A stretch of 16,404 bases of DNA, taken from positions 1-16,404 of the IMG/VR virus record IMGVR_UViG_3300047567_000058. One strand, 5' to 3'. Shown one piece after another: positions 15,455 through 16,404 of this stretch. Position 1 is the stretch's first letter; each line of letters starts with the position of its first letter. This DNA is from a virus. Taxonomy: Duplodnaviria; Heunggongvirae; Uroviricota; Caudoviricetes. The translations under genes were made by a program, and so were the position numbers. The notes beneath the pieces were generated by a model that worked only from the letters and a program-made list of their open reading frames with translations, was not told the origin of the DNA and did no database searches.

Positions 15455-16404
15455 ATGATGCACTATGAATCGGAAAAGCTCCTGAAGAAGTATCTTCTAG
15501 AATCTGGGGATATGACCAAGGACCAATATTCTAAGATCGACGATGGGCCAAAGGCAGCGTCGGTGGCTTTCGTCGCCAGGGAGATCATGGGATCTCTCAA
15601 AGACAAAGTCCCGGCAGTCGATTCCCAGGACATCGATCGCTCTCGCGGCGATCTCAAGATGTACAAGGACTATCCTGCGATCCAGGCAGCTCTCTCCAAA
15701 CTGAAGTCGTCAGTCGACGGAGTCTCGGAGTATTTCGGCCAAAGCGAAGCATCCCAAGCCGTGGCTGATATCATCGAATGCCTCAGCAACATCAGCAAAC
15801 ATTCTAACGATTTCAAGGAAGCCTACCGCGATAAGAAGACCGTGGTCATCCTTCAATACGAGGCTCTCATGGTGTCCGTGATCCAATCGATGTCTTATTT
15901 GATAGCCACCTGCACCGAAGCAGCCAAAGGAGACGATTCGCCCGTTGAGTATCCGCAGATCTCGAAGATCCGCCCGCTCAAGGCGATTCACGATTTCAAC
16001 GATTCGTGCAGAACCGGGGCGTTTGACGCCGCCCTCAAGGACGTCACTTACGTCCGCGAGGCATACGTCGAGCATGGGATCGACGTTCTGTCAACGATCA
16101 CCGAAGCCTCTAACGTCGGGTCGGCCGTCGTCGATGGATTCAACAATTTCGTCGACGCCATCAATGGCGGAAACCGCAAGCTTACCGATACGCTGTATAA
16201 GTCGGCAGCCGCAGTCAGCATGATGATGGCCCTGCGCGACTCTGTTTATACGGCATCCAAGATCAAGAACGCCGTGTCTGACGCCCTTGGGAACATCAAG
16301 GCATACGCCGATGGGTTTGCCGGATCCATTCTGTCGAAGATAAAGAACTACAACGCTCATCTTCCGCAGGAGATCGAAGTCGCGTCTACCCAGGCCGGAA
16401 GAGA
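15455..16404 (+). CDS. Probable virion structural protein, partial (>316 aa, 3' end outside window); absent from the ORF track
   Basis: GGAGG lies 8 nt upstream of ATG 15455. My manual translation is open to the window end: MMHYESEKLLKKYLLESGDMTKDQ...DIDRSRGDLKMYKDY...FKEAYRDKKTVVILQYEALMVSVIQSMSYLIA...HDFNDSCRTGAFD...EIEVASTQAGR. Confidence 0.85.
   Translation, partial: MMHYESEKLLKKYLLESGDMTKDQYSKIDDGPKAASVAFVAREIMGSLKDKVPAVDSQDIDRSRGDLKMYKDYPAIQAALSKLKSSVDGVSEYFGQSEASQAVADIIECLSNISKHSNDFKEAYRDKKTVVILQYEALMVSVIQSMSYLIATCTEAAKGDDSPVEYPQISKIRPLKAIHDFNDSCRTGAFDAALKDVTYVREAYVEHGIDVLSTITEASNVGSAVVDGFNNFVDAINGGNRKLTDTLYKSAAAVSMMMALRDSVYTASKIKNAVSDALGNIKAYADGFAGSILSKIKNYNAHLPQEIEVASTQAGR

Noticed and set aside
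1-16404. Stop-codon reassignment, as seen in some large phages
   Set aside because: Genes are long and tightly packed under code 11. TAA, TGA and TAG (11155) all end genes at sensible junctions.
1-16404. CRISPR array, tRNA, rRNA, introns/inteins or DGR template repeats
   Set aside because: I saw no regularly spaced repeats, cloverleafs, intein/homing-endonuclease motifs or adenine-variant repeat pairs. Intergenic gaps are all under about 150 nt.

Overview
This window looks like part of a large contractile-tailed (myo-type, probably jumbo) phage genome read in the standard genetic code, with roughly balanced G+C. It holds a tail/baseplate block on the minus strand (T4 gp19-fold tube/tube-initiator-like gene 7908-9101, T4 gp6-like baseplate wedge 4948-7863, and a 451-aa probable head/virion protein 3521-4876). 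A divergent plus-strand block encodes probable virion/inner-head proteins (1052 aa, 82 aa, and a >316-aa ORF from 15455 that runs off the window and is missing from the ORF track). Two cassettes of small, mostly orphan genes are interleaved (1-3455; 9197-11859, including a DUF4314 protein). The strongest non-coding signal is a 15-nt element CGAACAATNNATTAT, found in sense orientation 25-40 nt upstream of three structural genes, with one variant copy. It fits the AACA-N6-TA late-promoter consensus I recall for the phage-encoded non-virion RNA polymerase of Bacillus jumbo phage AR9. TATATTAT-type motifs precede the small-gene cassettes, and three intrinsic terminators separate the units. Family assignments come from motif recognition only, not from database searches. 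No capsid, terminase or RNA polymerase gene is visible in the window.
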